This document shows, one piece after another, positions 9,545-19,695 of a stretch of DNA of 64,000 bases; positions within the stretch are counted from its first letter, which is position 1; every line of letters begins with the position of its first letter. The DNA comes from an uncultured Candidatus Saccharibacteria bacterium. GTDB lineage: Bacteria > Patescibacteriota > Minisyncoccia > Phycocordibacterales > DATDWN01. The translations under genes were made by a program, and so were the position numbers. The DNA is taken from the NCBI GenBank assembly GCA_964469605.1, contig CAYXZA010000001.1, forward strand, positions 71,274 to 135,273. The letters are read 5' to 3'. Below the pieces are notes generated by a model, which was given only the letters and a program-made list of their open reading frames with translations, was not told where the DNA came from and did no database searches.

Positions 9545-10249
9545 TTAAATCTCCAAGATTAACTTTTCGAGCAAAACTTCACTTTCCCCTTCACCGCTTC
9601 TGGTCATATCTGATATTTCAACTATTTTATCTGAAAGCAGTAAAAGCTCTTCTTTTTTCCAATTTTTAGCAAACAAAATAGCATTTTTATAAGCAAAAGG
9701 AGAAATGGAAAACTCTTTTGGATCTTTTGTGTTTAAACAAAGAAGTATTGTTTTAATTTGCCAAAAAAGAACACCCAATATCTCTTCAGCTTCGACACCA
9801 AAAGAGGTGGCTTTAAAAAAGTTTATCCATAAGTTTTTTTTATCTTTTCTGCCGAGATCATTTGCAAGAGTAAAAACATTAAAAAACTCTTTACTCTCTT
9901 TTTTATCGTAAACTGTAACTTTTTCAAAAAACTTATCCAGAGATTTTCTATCAGAGTCATTTATTTTATCTTCTATAATAAAGAAAATATGTTCACTTTC
10001 TTTGATAGAATTTAAAAGAACATTATCTTTAATATCTATATTTTTTAAAAACACAGAATCTAAAACAACTATATATTTTTTTGAAAATAGTCCTTGAGAA
10101 TTTATCAGCTCTAAAAGTAAATCTAAACTAAAATTATCATCAGTTATCTTGAAAACTTCCGCATCCGGTTTTTTCTTTAACAAATTCTCTGTATTTTTCC
10201 TTACAGCTTCTGTTGTTTTTAACCTATCCCCTAAAAATACATATATCAT
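9545..10249 (-). CDS. holA: DNA polymerase III delta subunit-like protein
   Basis: MIYVFLG, SQGLFSKKYIVVL, EEILGVLFWQ, LLEKLILEI; shortened form, follows polA. Confidence 0.65.
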   Translation of the reverse strand: MIYVFLGDRLKTTEAVRKNTENLLKKKPDAEVFKITDDNFSLDLLLELINSQGLFSKKYIVVLDSVFLKNIDIKDNVLLNSIKESEHIFFIIEDKINDSDRKSLDKFFEKVTVYDKKESKEFFNVFTLANDLGRKDKKNLWINFFKATSFGVEAEEILGVLFWQIKTILLCLNTKDPKEFSISPFAYKNAILFAKNWKKEELLLLSDKIVEISDMTRSGEGESEVLLEKLILEI

Positions 10250-10254
10250 AAAAA

Positions 10255-12606
10255 TTAAATTTCAATTTCTGTTGTTTGACCTAAAGATTTTCCAAAAGAT
10301 GCATTTGCTAAAACTTTAACTCCAAAAGTTTCTTTTGAAGATAAAACATTTTCCATTATAGGAATAACATTTTTTACAAACTCTTTGTAAAAATCTTCTG
10401 AAACTTCATAAACCAATTCATCATGAATCTGCATAATAAGAGAAGCTTTTGATGTAAGATTTTCTTTTTTAACAAATTCATCTATTTTTACCATAGCCAG
10501 TTTTATAATATCAGCTTCTGTTCCTTGTATAGGAGCATTTATAGCCATTCTCTCTGCTTGTGATTTTATATACGGAATCCTAGAGTTTATATCTGGAAAA
10601 AATCTTTTTCTACCAAACATTGTTTGTGTAAAACCAATCTGAGATGTTTGGACTTTTACAGATTCCAAATACTGTGCCAAACCAGAAAAAGTATTGAAAT
10701 AGTTATCTAAAAACTCCTCTGCCTCTTCTTTTGAAACTTTTAAATTTTGTTTTAAAGCCAAAACCCCCATACCATACATAACACCAAAATTTATAGTCTT
10801 TGCTTTATTTCTCATATCTTTTGTAACCTCTGATATTGGCACCGCAAATATTTTTGAAGCAACAGATGTGTGTATATCTTCTCCATTTTTAAAAATCTCA
10901 ATCATTTTAGAATCCTCAGACAAGATAGCTGCTATACGGAGCTCCATTTGAGAATAATCAAAAGAAACCAAAACCTTTCCTTTATCGGAAATAAAAGCTT
11001 TTCTTATTTGCCTACCCTCTGGTGTTTTGTTTGGTATATTTTGAATATTTGGATTGGAAGATGCCATCCTACCAGTTACAGCACCTATTTGAATAAATGT
11101 TGTATGTAATCTGTCACCATCATCAAGCATTTGAGGAATTGTGTCTATATATGTTCCGAGAAGTTTCGAATACTCCCTATATTCCAATATTTTATCTATA
11201 ATAATATGCTCATCTTTTAATTTTAAAAGTTCTGATTCTTTTGTTGAAAAACCACCTGTCTTATTTTTCTTTTGACCTTTTATTTTAAGACCCATCTTGT
11301 CAAATAAAACTTCTGAAAGTTGTTTTGGTGAAGATATATTAAACTGTAAACCAGAAAGAGAATATATCTCCTTTTCTAGATCAGAAAGTATTTGATGATA
11401 TTTTAAAGAAAGGTCTTTCAAAAACTCTTTATCAACTTTTACACCAGTTTTATTCATTTTATCTATTATTTCAATCAGAGGTTTTTCTATATTTTCCCAA
11501 ACAAAAGACAAACCTTCTTTTTTTATAAAATCTTCTAAAAATTTTTTTGCATCTTCTTTGTTTTTAGTTTTAGTAAAATCTAAAATAACAGAAATATCTT
11601 CTCCTATCTTGTCTGGGTTTACAACAGCATACATAACCTGTAAAACACTCAGTTCTTCTTTTGAAATATTTATACTCTCTACTTTAAAATTAAATATCTC
11701 TGAAGCTTTTGGTATAAGCGATTTAAAATCCAAACTTTTTAAAAAATCCAAAATTTTGTTTTGATCTACACCAGAAATAAAATCATTTTCAGGTAATGTA
11801 AAATATATAGGAGCATCAACCCTTATGGTAGCTAAAACTTTTGAAAACCTAGCATCATCTATATTTTCAATTATTTTTTCTGCCATTTTAGGACTTATAC
11901 CAATATTTTTCAATGCGACCTTGTCGTCTTTTATTTTTTGTAATCCTTTAAAAATACTTTCTATATCTCCAAACTCTTTTATCAAAGTTGTTGCTGTTTT
12001 TTCCCCAACACCAGAAATACCTATTATATTATCTGATGGGTCCCCTCTTAAACCTTTAAAATCTGGCAAAAGTTTCGGCTGAAATCCAAATCTTTTTACA
12101 ACCTCGGATTGATCATATAAAACAGTGTCATTTATACCTTTTTTTAAAGTATAAACTGTAACTTTTTTATCAGAAACAAGTTGCATAGTGTCCATATCGC
12201 CAGAAGCTATAATAACCCTCAACCCGCTGTCTTTAATCTGGGATATTATTGTTCCGAGCATATCATCAGCTTCAAAACCAGAAGAAGAATATATTGGTAT
12301 GTTAAAAGCATTGCAAATCTCTTTTGAACTTTCTAGCTGAACTTTTAATGCTTCCTCTGTCTCTGCCCTACCCGCTTTATAATCCTTATACGATTTATGT
12401 CTGTATGTCTCTTCTGGAAGATCATAACAGGCACAGATATAATCTGGGTTAAATTCTTTTATTAGTTTAAAAAGAAGTGTGCAAAAACCATAAAGAGCCC
12501 CAACTGGCTTGCCATCTTTTGATACAAAATCTGGCAAAGCATGATATGCCCTATGTAAAATAGCATGAGAATCTAAAAGTATTAATGTTTTTTCTTTTTT
12601 TGTCAT
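10255..12606 (-). CDS. polA: DNA polymerase I, proofreading domain reduced
   Basis: 5'-3' exonuclease (HRAYHA, FEADD, GDPSDNI) and polymerase motifs (DYSQMELR, KTINFGVMYG, QIHDEL). Confidence 0.97.
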   Translation of the reverse strand: MTKKEKTLILLDSHAILHRAYHALPDFVSKDGKPVGALYGFCTLLFKLIKEFNPDYICACYDLPEETYRHKSYKDYKAGRAETEEALKVQLESSKEICNAFNIPIYSSSGFEADDMLGTIISQIKDSGLRVIIASGDMDTMQLVSDKKVTVYTLKKGINDTVLYDQSEVVKRFGFQPKLLPDFKGLRGDPSDNIIGISGVGEKTATTLIKEFGDIESIFKGLQKIKDDKVALKNIGISPKMAEKIIENIDDARFSKVLATIRVDAPIYFTLPENDFISGVDQNKILDFLKSLDFKSLIPKASEIFNFKVESINISKEELSVLQVMYAVVNPDKIGEDISVILDFTKTKNKEDAKKFLEDFIKKEGLSFVWENIEKPLIEIIDKMNKTGVKVDKEFLKDLSLKYHQILSDLEKEIYSLSGLQFNISSPKQLSEVLFDKMGLKIKGQKKNKTGGFSTKESELLKLKDEHIIIDKILEYREYSKLLGTYIDTIPQMLDDGDRLHTTFIQIGAVTGRMASSNPNIQNIPNKTPEGRQIRKAFISDKGKVLVSFDYSQMELRIAAILSEDSKMIEIFKNGEDIHTSVASKIFAVPISEVTKDMRNKAKTINFGVMYGMGVLALKQNLKVSKEEAEEFLDNYFNTFSGLAQYLESVKVQTSQIGFTQTMFGRKRFFPDINSRIPYIKSQAERMAINAPIQGTEADIIKLAMVKIDEFVKKENLTSKASLIMQIHDELVYEVSEDFYKEFVKNVIPIMENVLSSKETFGVKVLANASFGKSLGQTTEIEI

Positions 12607-13043
12607 TTTTTTATTTCTATAATTCTAGCATTTTCATTTTCAGAAATAGGGTTTATAAAAACTTTAAGATCTTCGTTTATCAAATCAGATATTTTCTCTG
12701 GCCACTCTATAAAAACTATATTGTTTTTATCTTTCAAAATTTCACTTAAACCTAAAAAGGTTATTTCTTTTGAATTCTCTATTCTATAAGCATCTATATG
12801 AACCAAGTTTTTCCAATTGAGATTGTTTATCTCATAGATTTTCATAATTACAAAAGTTGGACTGATTATGTTTTCAGTTAAACCAAATTTTTTACAAACA
12901 GCTTTTACAAAAGCCGTTTTTCCTGCCCCAAGATTTCCGTAAAGACCAACCAAAAAAGCTCCATTTTCTTTCTTGTCCAGTCCGGAAACAAAATCAGAGA
13001 CAAAATCATTAAACTCATCTATATTTAAAACTTCTTTTTTCAT
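12603..13043 (-). CDS. tsaE: tRNA t6A biosynthesis ATPase TsaE
   Basis: GNLGAGKT, SPTF, HIDAYR, IEWPE. Confidence 0.95.
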   Translation of the reverse strand: MKKEVLNIDEFNDFVSDFVSGLDKKENGAFLVGLYGNLGAGKTAFVKAVCKKFGLTENIISPTFVIMKIYEINNLNWKNLVHIDAYRIENSKEITFLGLSEILKDKNNIVFIEWPEKISDLINEDLKVFINPISENENARIIEIKK

Positions 13044-13101
13044 ATATATTTATATTAACAAAAAAGGGCCAAAAGCCCCATTTTTACAAATTTTAGATTT
13101 T

Positions 13102-13875
13102 TTATCTTACAATGATAATCCGATCGTGTAGACCGGTATTGTAACCCCAATTTCCTTCAATATACAAATCAGAAATCGTTCTATTAAATGAACTATCTCC
13201 TTGTTTGGTTATTAAAAGAGAAATGTATTTACCATTACGATCATCATTCATACCCAAATACAGATAAAATGTTACAGATCCTCCAGAACAAAGACCTTTA
13301 ATAATCGTCCCCAAAGAAGGAGAATTTACATCTATACTAGAATCTGTTTGGTTTTGTATCCTAACAGCAAGACCGTACCTATGGTATAATCCAAATTTTT
13401 TGATTTTTTGATATTTTAGATTTATGTAAACATCACTTAAAGAACAACCATCAAGATTTGAATTTGTTTCAACTCTTGCTTGTTCTTCTTTTTCTCTTCT
13501 TACTCTTTGGATCCTATTTTCTTGAGCTTTTCGAAATCTTTTATTTTTATCTTCTAATATGTTGAGAATTTTTTTCCAATACTTAATCTTTTTTTTCGGC
13601 TTCGGTTTTTGTTTCTCAAGACTATCCACAAAAACAGAAACTTCTTTTAAACAACTGGTGATTTTTGTTGAATTTAAAAAAGATTCATTCGCCGTTTGAA
13701 TACAACCACTTGGTTCATAATTAGAAATAGATTTTGACGAAGTATTGTTATCCATAACCGTAGCAGAATTGCTTTCTGTGTTTTTGGCATTCTTGGGTAA
13801 ATATTCTGGATTTATTCGCTGACCATATAAACTTATTTGTAAAAAAACAATAAAGAGAAAAATAGTCTTTCTCAT
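13102..13875 (-). CDS. Secreted hypothetical protein
   Basis: Signal peptide MRKTIFLFIVFLQISLYG; GC hairpin downstream; no family recognised. Confidence 0.6.
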   Translation of the reverse strand: MRKTIFLFIVFLQISLYGQRINPEYLPKNAKNTESNSATVMDNNTSSKSISNYEPSGCIQTANESFLNSTKITSCLKEVSVFVDSLEKQKPKPKKKIKYWKKILNILEDKNKRFRKAQENRIQRVRREKEEQARVETNSNLDGCSLSDVYINLKYQKIKKFGLYHRYGLAVRIQNQTDSSIDVNSPSLGTIIKGLCSGGSVTFYLYLGMNDDRNGKYISLLITKQGDSSFNRTISDLYIEGNWGYNTGLHDRIIIVR

Positions 13876-13976
13876 ATCCAACTAATCAATACCACAAAAA
13901 CAAATTTTTGTAAACAAAAGATGTCTCTTCAAACAACACAAAAGACTTTTTTAAAAAAACAAGTTATAATATCTAA

Positions 13977-15650
13977 ATGATAGATTTTAATGAAGACAAG
14001 CAAAATCAGAAAATATCTGATTTACACAAAATAGAAGAAGAAGAGCTAACTAGTAAAATGGCTGTTAAATATGGTCTTCCATATATTGACCTGTCTGTAA
14101 CTCCTATAAATATTGATTCTTTGAGATTTATATCAGAAATAGAGTCAAGATCTTCTCAAATAGCTGTTTTTGATCATGCAGATAAAAATGTAAACATAGC
14201 AATCATATCCCCTCAAAACACGGACAGCATTGATTCAATAAAAAAATTGCAAGAAAAAGGTTTTAACACAAAAATCTTTATGGCTTCACATTCCAGCTTA
14301 AATAAAGTTTGGGACAGATATAAAGATCTCTCATACTCTTTTGAAACAAAAAGTGGAGCACTCGATATTTCAAACGAAGAGATAACTGATTTTCTAAAAG
14401 AAGTTCATAGTATATCAGATGTTGCAACTTTGATAAAAGATGTTTTGGAAATGAAAAAAAGTTACAGAATATCAAAAATATTAGAAATAATCCTAGCCGG
14501 AGCAATAAGTATAGGTAGCTCAGATATACACATAGAACCAGAAGAAAACTATGTACGAATAAGATACAGACTGGATGGTATGTTATCCGACATAACAGAA
14601 TTTGATAAAGAAACTTTTAAACTTTTACTTTCCAGAATCAAACTAATATCAAACTTAAAATTAAATATCAACTCTGCACAAGATGGTAGATTTAGTATTA
14701 AAATTTCTAATTCTGAAATAGAAATAAGAACATCTCTTTTGCCTGGTGCTTATGGAGAGTCTATTGTTATGAGAGTTTTAAATCCGAACTCAATATCAAT
14801 ACCACTTGAAAATCTTTATATAGATAAAAAAATACTAGATACCCTACTAGAACAAATTCAAAGACCAAACGGTATGATACTAAACACTGGCCCAACAGGA
14901 TCAGGTAAAACAACAACACTTTATGCCTTCTTAAAAAAAGTTCATATCCCAGGTATAAAAATAATAACAATTGAAAATCCGGTTGAATACCACCTTCCTG
15001 GAATAGTTCAAACTCAAACAGATGAAAAATCTGGTTACAATTTTGCTTCTGGACTTAGAAGTGCTCTTCGTCAAGACCCTGATATTATAATGGTTGGTGA
15101 AATAAGAGACGAAGAAACCGCTGGTATTGCAATAAACTCTGCTTTGACAGGTCACCTAGTATTCTCCACCCTACACACAAACTCTGCAGCTGGAACTTTT
15201 CCTAGACTTATAGATCTTGGAGTAAATCCAAAAGTTTTAGGATCTGCAATAAATGTTGCAATGGCACAAAGACTTGTTAGAAAACTTTGTGATGATTGTA
15301 AAGAAAAAAATAAATTATCAGAAAAAGAATTGATAAGAGTTAAAGATGTTTTAAATGGTATATATGACAAAAAATATACAGAAAATATTTCATTTGAAAA
15401 TGTTTTTAAAGCCACAGGTTGTCAAAAGTGCAATAACACAGGATACAAAGGAAGAATTGGAATTTATGAACTGATTGTTATGGATGAAAAAGTTGATGAT
15501 ATTATAAAAAAAGGAGGTAGTGAAAGAGAAATTCAAGAGACAACAAGAGAGCAAGGATTTTTATCAATGTCAGAAGATGGTATTTTAAAAGTTTTGCAAG
15601 GATTAACAACAATGGAAGAATTGGACAGAATAATTGATTTAAAAGATTAG
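13977..15650 (+). CDS. pilB: PilB/GspE family type IV pilus assembly ATPase
   Basis: SDIHIEP, QDGR, GPTGSGKTTT, LRQDPD, GEIRD, STLHTN, two CxxC. Confidence 0.9.
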   Translation: MIDFNEDKQNQKISDLHKIEEEELTSKMAVKYGLPYIDLSVTPINIDSLRFISEIESRSSQIAVFDHADKNVNIAIISPQNTDSIDSIKKLQEKGFNTKIFMASHSSLNKVWDRYKDLSYSFETKSGALDISNEEITDFLKEVHSISDVATLIKDVLEMKKSYRISKILEIILAGAISIGSSDIHIEPEENYVRIRYRLDGMLSDITEFDKETFKLLLSRIKLISNLKLNINSAQDGRFSIKISNSEIEIRTSLLPGAYGESIVMRVLNPNSISIPLENLYIDKKILDTLLEQIQRPNGMILNTGPTGSGKTTTLYAFLKKVHIPGIKIITIENPVEYHLPGIVQTQTDEKSGYNFASGLRSALRQDPDIIMVGEIRDEETAGIAINSALTGHLVFSTLHTNSAAGTFPRLIDLGVNPKVLGSAINVAMAQRLVRKLCDDCKEKNKLSEKELIRVKDVLNGIYDKKYTENISFENVFKATGCQKCNNTGYKGRIGIYELIVMDEKVDDIIKKGGSEREIQETTREQGFLSMSEDGILKVLQGLTTMEELDRIIDLKD

Positions 15651-15765
15651 ATAAAAACTGTAAAACAGCTTTGCTATAAAGAAAAGTTTAATGTTTAATA
15701 CAAAAAAAGCCTTGCAAGAGACTTTTATTTGTGAATAATTTATATATAGATCTTTTAAAAACAAG

Positions 15766-15929
15766 TTCAAGAGATAAATCTCTAAACGACACTTTAAATA
15801 TTTAAATAAATAAAGCAAAGTGATTAACTAAGGATAGTCACAGAGTACACAAAGTGTATCCAGAACGTCCTCGTGAATACACTCGTAAATCCGGAAGGGA
15901 TTCAGTCGTTTAGAGATTTATACCTTGAA
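15766..15929 (+). ncRNA. Candidate ~160-nt multibranch RNA closed by a long stem
   Basis: Perfect 17-bp inverted repeat ATAAATCTCTAAACGAC/GTCGTTTAGAGATTTAT plus TTCAAG/CTTGAA, enclosing small hairpins; boxA-like motif upstream. Confidence 0.55.
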
Positions 15930-16012
15930 AACAAAATTATTTCAAAAAGCAAAATTAAAAAGCAGTCTTAAATCAAAGTGCTTTACCGTAAGTTTATCAT
16001 AAAATACTTTTT

Positions 16013-17029
16013 ATGTCAAGAACAGAACCTGAAAACAATTTAAACAATAAGACACCAGAAGACGGTCTTTTTTTAGATACAGCCCTTAGGCCATCTGTTT
16101 GGGACGAGTATATAGGTCAAGAAAATATAAAAAACAACTTATCTATACTATTGACTGCTGCAAAAGAAAGAAGTCACCCACCAGAGCATATACTATTTTA
16201 CGGACCTCCTGGACTAGGAAAAACTACACTGGCACACCTTATAGCAAAACACTTAAATGCACAAATGAAAATAACATCTGGGCCAGCCATAGAAAAAGTC
16301 GGTGATCTTGCTTCTATACTGACAAACCTTTCTTCAGGAGATATTCTCTTTATTGATGAGATACACAGGTTAAATAAAAATATAGAAGAAGTTTTATACC
16401 CCGCTATGGAGTCTGGTTCTCTTGATATAATAATAGGTAAAGGACCAAGTGCAAGGACAATACAGTTAGAACTACCACCATTTACCCTCATAGGAGCAAC
16501 AACAAAAATAGCATCTCTTTCCTCCCCTCTTCGCTCTCGTTTTTCTGGTGGAATATTTAAACTAGAATTTTATACAAACGAAGAAATACAAAAAATAATA
16601 GAAAGATCAGCAAAAATATTAAAAGTTAATATAGATAAAGAAGGATCTATGGAGATCGCAAAGAGATCAAGATTTACACCAAGAACAGCAAATTATTTTC
16701 TAAAAAGAGTTAGAGATTTTGGACAGGTTAATAAAAAAGATTTAGATAGAGAAATAGTCGATAATGCACTAAACCTTTTAGGAATTGATCAAAAAGGATT
16801 AACCTCAGCCGATAGAGAGATTTTAAACACAATAATAGAAAAATTTTCAGGTGGCCCAGTAGGATTAAACACCATTGCATCTTCTCTTTCAGAAGAAGAG
16901 GAAACAATAGAAGTTTTCAATGAACCTTACCTTATGCAAATTGGGTTTATAGAAAGAACCCCACGAGGAAGAATTGTTACAGAACACGGATATATTCATC
17001 TAGGTAAAACTCCTCCTCAGATTTTTTAA
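16013..17029 (+). CDS. ruvB: Holliday junction helicase RuvB
   Basis: LRP, GPPGLGKTT, FIDEIHRL, RTPRGR. Confidence 0.97.
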   Translation: MSRTEPENNLNNKTPEDGLFLDTALRPSVWDEYIGQENIKNNLSILLTAAKERSHPPEHILFYGPPGLGKTTLAHLIAKHLNAQMKITSGPAIEKVGDLASILTNLSSGDILFIDEIHRLNKNIEEVLYPAMESGSLDIIIGKGPSARTIQLELPPFTLIGATTKIASLSSPLRSRFSGGIFKLEFYTNEEIQKIIERSAKILKVNIDKEGSMEIAKRSRFTPRTANYFLKRVRDFGQVNKKDLDREIVDNALNLLGIDQKGLTSADREILNTIIEKFSGGPVGLNTIASSLSEEEETIEVFNEPYLMQIGFIERTPRGRIVTEHGYIHLGKTPPQIF

Positions 17030-17106
17030 TTAACAAAATGGTAATTATATTTAACTTGATATTAATATTTAAATTTTGTAGTCTTAAATTATAATAATTT
17101 AAATAT

Positions 17107-17637
17107 ATGGCTGGACATAATAAATGGTCAAAAATAAAAAGACAAAAAGAAAAAACTGATGCACAAAAATCAAAGATTTTTGGCAAAATGGTTAGACTTA
17201 TAACAGTTGAGGCAAAAAAAGCTGGTGGCAACCTACAATCCCCTGGACTTAAAAATGCAATAGAAAAAGCAAGAGAAGCAAATGTTCCAAATGATAATAT
17301 AGAAAGAGCTATTAAAAAATCAACCGAGGCAGATGCTCAAATGGAGTCTATTATATATGAAAGTTATGGACCTGGCGGTTGTGGAATTGTAATAGAAGCC
17401 CTTACAGAAAACCGAAACAAGGCAGCACAGGAAATAAAACATATATTGTCTAAAAATGGTTTTTCACTTGCAGGTATAGGTTCTGTTACTTGGGCATTTC
17501 AAAAAAACTCGGATATGGAGTGGATTCCAACAACCACAATCCCTCTGTCAGACGAAGATGGTGAAAAACTTTCTTTACTTGTTGACGAACTAGAAGAAAA
17601 CGATGAAGTGCAAAATGTTTGGACTAATGCCGACTAA
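17107..17637 (+). CDS. yebC: YebC/PmpR family protein, short form
   Basis: MAGHNKWSKIK, YESYGPGG, LEENDEVQNVWTN. Confidence 0.93.
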   Translation: MAGHNKWSKIKRQKEKTDAQKSKIFGKMVRLITVEAKKAGGNLQSPGLKNAIEKAREANVPNDNIERAIKKSTEADAQMESIIYESYGPGGCGIVIEALTENRNKAAQEIKHILSKNGFSLAGIGSVTWAFQKNSDMEWIPTTTIPLSDEDGEKLSLLVDELEENDEVQNVWTNAD

Positions 17638-17643
17638 TTTTAT

Positions 17644-18114
17644 ATGAAAATTATTTCTATTGACCCTGGGTTTGAAAGAGTAGGTATTGCAGTTTTAGAA
17701 AAAAATCAAAAAGAAAATCTTTTGTTTTCAGAATGTTTTAAAACAAAAAGTTCTGAAAAACACGAAGATAGGTTGTTTAAAATAGGACAAGAAATACAAA
17801 AAATAATAGAGGGATACAAACCAGAGTATTTGGTTATAGAAAAACTGTTTTTTAATACAAACCAAAAAACAATTATAGGTGTAGCAGAAGCAAGAGGAGT
17901 AATACTGTATCAAGCCAGTTTAAATGGTTTAAAAATAAGTGAATTTACACCACTTCAAGTAAAAGTCGCTGTTACAGGTTATGGTAGAAGTGAAAAAAAA
18001 CAAGTAGAAACTATGGTTTGTAAAATACTTAAAATAGAACCAAAAAAAACATCTGACGATGAGTTTGATGCCATAGCACTAGGTCTTACATTTTTTGCAC
18101 ATTTTAGGGTTTAA
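17644..18114 (+). CDS. ruvC: Crossover junction endodeoxyribonuclease RuvC
   Basis: IDPG, IEKLFF, EARGV, VTGYGRSEK, DDEFDAIA. Confidence 0.95.
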   Translation: MKIISIDPGFERVGIAVLEKNQKENLLFSECFKTKSSEKHEDRLFKIGQEIQKIIEGYKPEYLVIEKLFFNTNQKTIIGVAEARGVILYQASLNGLKISEFTPLQVKVAVTGYGRSEKKQVETMVCKILKIEPKKTSDDEFDAIALGLTFFAHFRV

Positions 18115-18190
18115 ATATCCACATTTGCAAAAAATTTAGTTTTTTGATAAAAATTATTGAAATCAATTTTTAAAGATTTAAAATAAAAAT

Positions 18191-18469
18191 ATGAAGAAAA
18201 AAGACAACAAAAAAAATAAAAAAATAGAGGAAGATGAAGAAGAGGAAGGTGAAGAAAAACTTGATATGAGTGATGGGCCGAGAGATCCAATGGATAATGA
18301 TAATAATGATGATGACGATGATATAGATCCTAAAAAATTAAAAGATATTGGACTGCATATAGAAGAAGAACCAACTGATGATGATGTTGAATTTAAAGAA
18401 GTAGAAGAAGATGAAGAGGATGAAGAAGAGGGAGATTGGGATGATTTTGATGACGATGAAAGTTGGTAA
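18191..18469 (+). CDS. Small, very acidic low-complexity protein
   Basis: Lys-rich start followed by a D/E-dominated chain; clean ORF between ruvC and tyrS. Confidence 0.65.
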   Translation: MKKKDNKKNKKIEEDEEEEGEEKLDMSDGPRDPMDNDNNDDDDDIDPKKLKDIGLHIEEEPTDDDVEFKEVEEDEEDEEEGDWDDFDDDESW

Positions 18470-18472
18470 AAA

Positions 18473-19654
18473 TTATATTATTTTAATAAATCTCCTTTTA
18501 CCAACACGATAAACACCCTTTTGGGTGTTTTCATTAAAATCAGAAACTATTCTTTTTTCATCAACAAAGAAGATAGCCTTCTCTGAAACTAATTTTTTAA
18601 ACTCCCCTTTTGATGAAACTATATTATTTTCAATTAAAACATCTGAAAGTTTTCCTTTTGAAAAAACCTCAATAACATTGTCTGGAACACCACCTTCTGT
18701 AAAAACTTTATGAAAATTTATAAAAGCTATATCTGCCTCTTCTTTACTATGATACATAGAAACTATTTCCTTTGCCAAAGCAACTTTAACATCTTTGAAA
18801 TTTGATTTTTCTTTTAGATCTTTTGATATTGATTCAATAACACCTATTGGTAAATCTGTGCATAATTTGTAATAATCAATAATCAAATCATCTCTAATAG
18901 ACATAACCTTACCAAACATATCATTTGGTTTATCTGTTATGTTTATAACATTACCCCAGGATGTAGACATTTTTCTACCATCTGTTCCTAAAAGCATTGA
19001 GACAGTTAATACATCTTGTTCTTTCATTCCATAATGTTTTTGGACTATCCTACCTGCTTTTAAATTGAAAAGTTGATCAAAACCACCAAGCTCAACATCT
19101 GATCTTACAGCAACAGAATCATATCCTTGCATAAGTGGGTATAAAAACTCTCTCAAAGAAACTTCTTCGCCTTTATCTAACCTATCTTTAAAATTTCTCC
19201 TGTTTGACATTTGTTGAACAGAAAAACTTTCAGCCAATTCGGTTATCTCTTGAAAACCAAGTTTTGAAAGCCATTTACTATTAAAATGAAATTCAGCTTT
19301 TTCTATATCTATTATTTTACCAACTTGTTTTTTGTAATCTTTTAAATTATTTTTTATAACATCTTTTGTTAACATTGGTCTTTTAGAAAGTTTGTCAGAC
19401 GGATCTCCTACTTGTGCAGTAAAATCACCAACAATAAAAACAACTTGATGTCCTAAATCCTGAAAAGCCTTTAATTTTCTTAATATAACAGCTCTTCCTA
19501 TGTGTATTTGTGATCCAGTGGGATCAAAACCTAGTTTAACCCTTAACTTCTCTCCTGAAAGCAGTCTTTTTTCTAAATTTTCTTTAACAAAAACATCTTC
19601 AACACCTCTTGTTAAAATTTCTTTTACTTTATTTATGTTTGTATCTATTTTCAT
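18473..19654 (-). CDS. tyrS: Tyrosine--tRNA ligase
   Basis: GFDPT..HIGR, GDPS, YPLMQGYDS, GGFDQLFN, KMSTS, S4-like tail. Confidence 0.97.
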   Translation of the reverse strand: MKIDTNINKVKEILTRGVEDVFVKENLEKRLLSGEKLRVKLGFDPTGSQIHIGRAVILRKLKAFQDLGHQVVFIVGDFTAQVGDPSDKLSKRPMLTKDVIKNNLKDYKKQVGKIIDIEKAEFHFNSKWLSKLGFQEITELAESFSVQQMSNRRNFKDRLDKGEEVSLREFLYPLMQGYDSVAVRSDVELGGFDQLFNLKAGRIVQKHYGMKEQDVLTVSMLLGTDGRKMSTSWGNVINITDKPNDMFGKVMSIRDDLIIDYYKLCTDLPIGVIESISKDLKEKSNFKDVKVALAKEIVSMYHSKEEADIAFINFHKVFTEGGVPDNVIEVFSKGKLSDVLIENNIVSSKGEFKKLVSEKAIFFVDEKRIVSDFNENTQKGVYRVGKRRFIKII

Positions 19655-19695
19655 TGTTATTGTTATTATAACATAAAAAATGCTATATTGATACT

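Noticed and set aside
15791-15904. 5S rRNA (size match)
   Set aside because: No 5S loop C or loop E motifs or helix pattern.
17107-17637. Short YebC (also short Tig and PolA) as pseudogenes
   Set aside because: Both termini are intact with clean internal domain loss, consistent with CPR streamlining.
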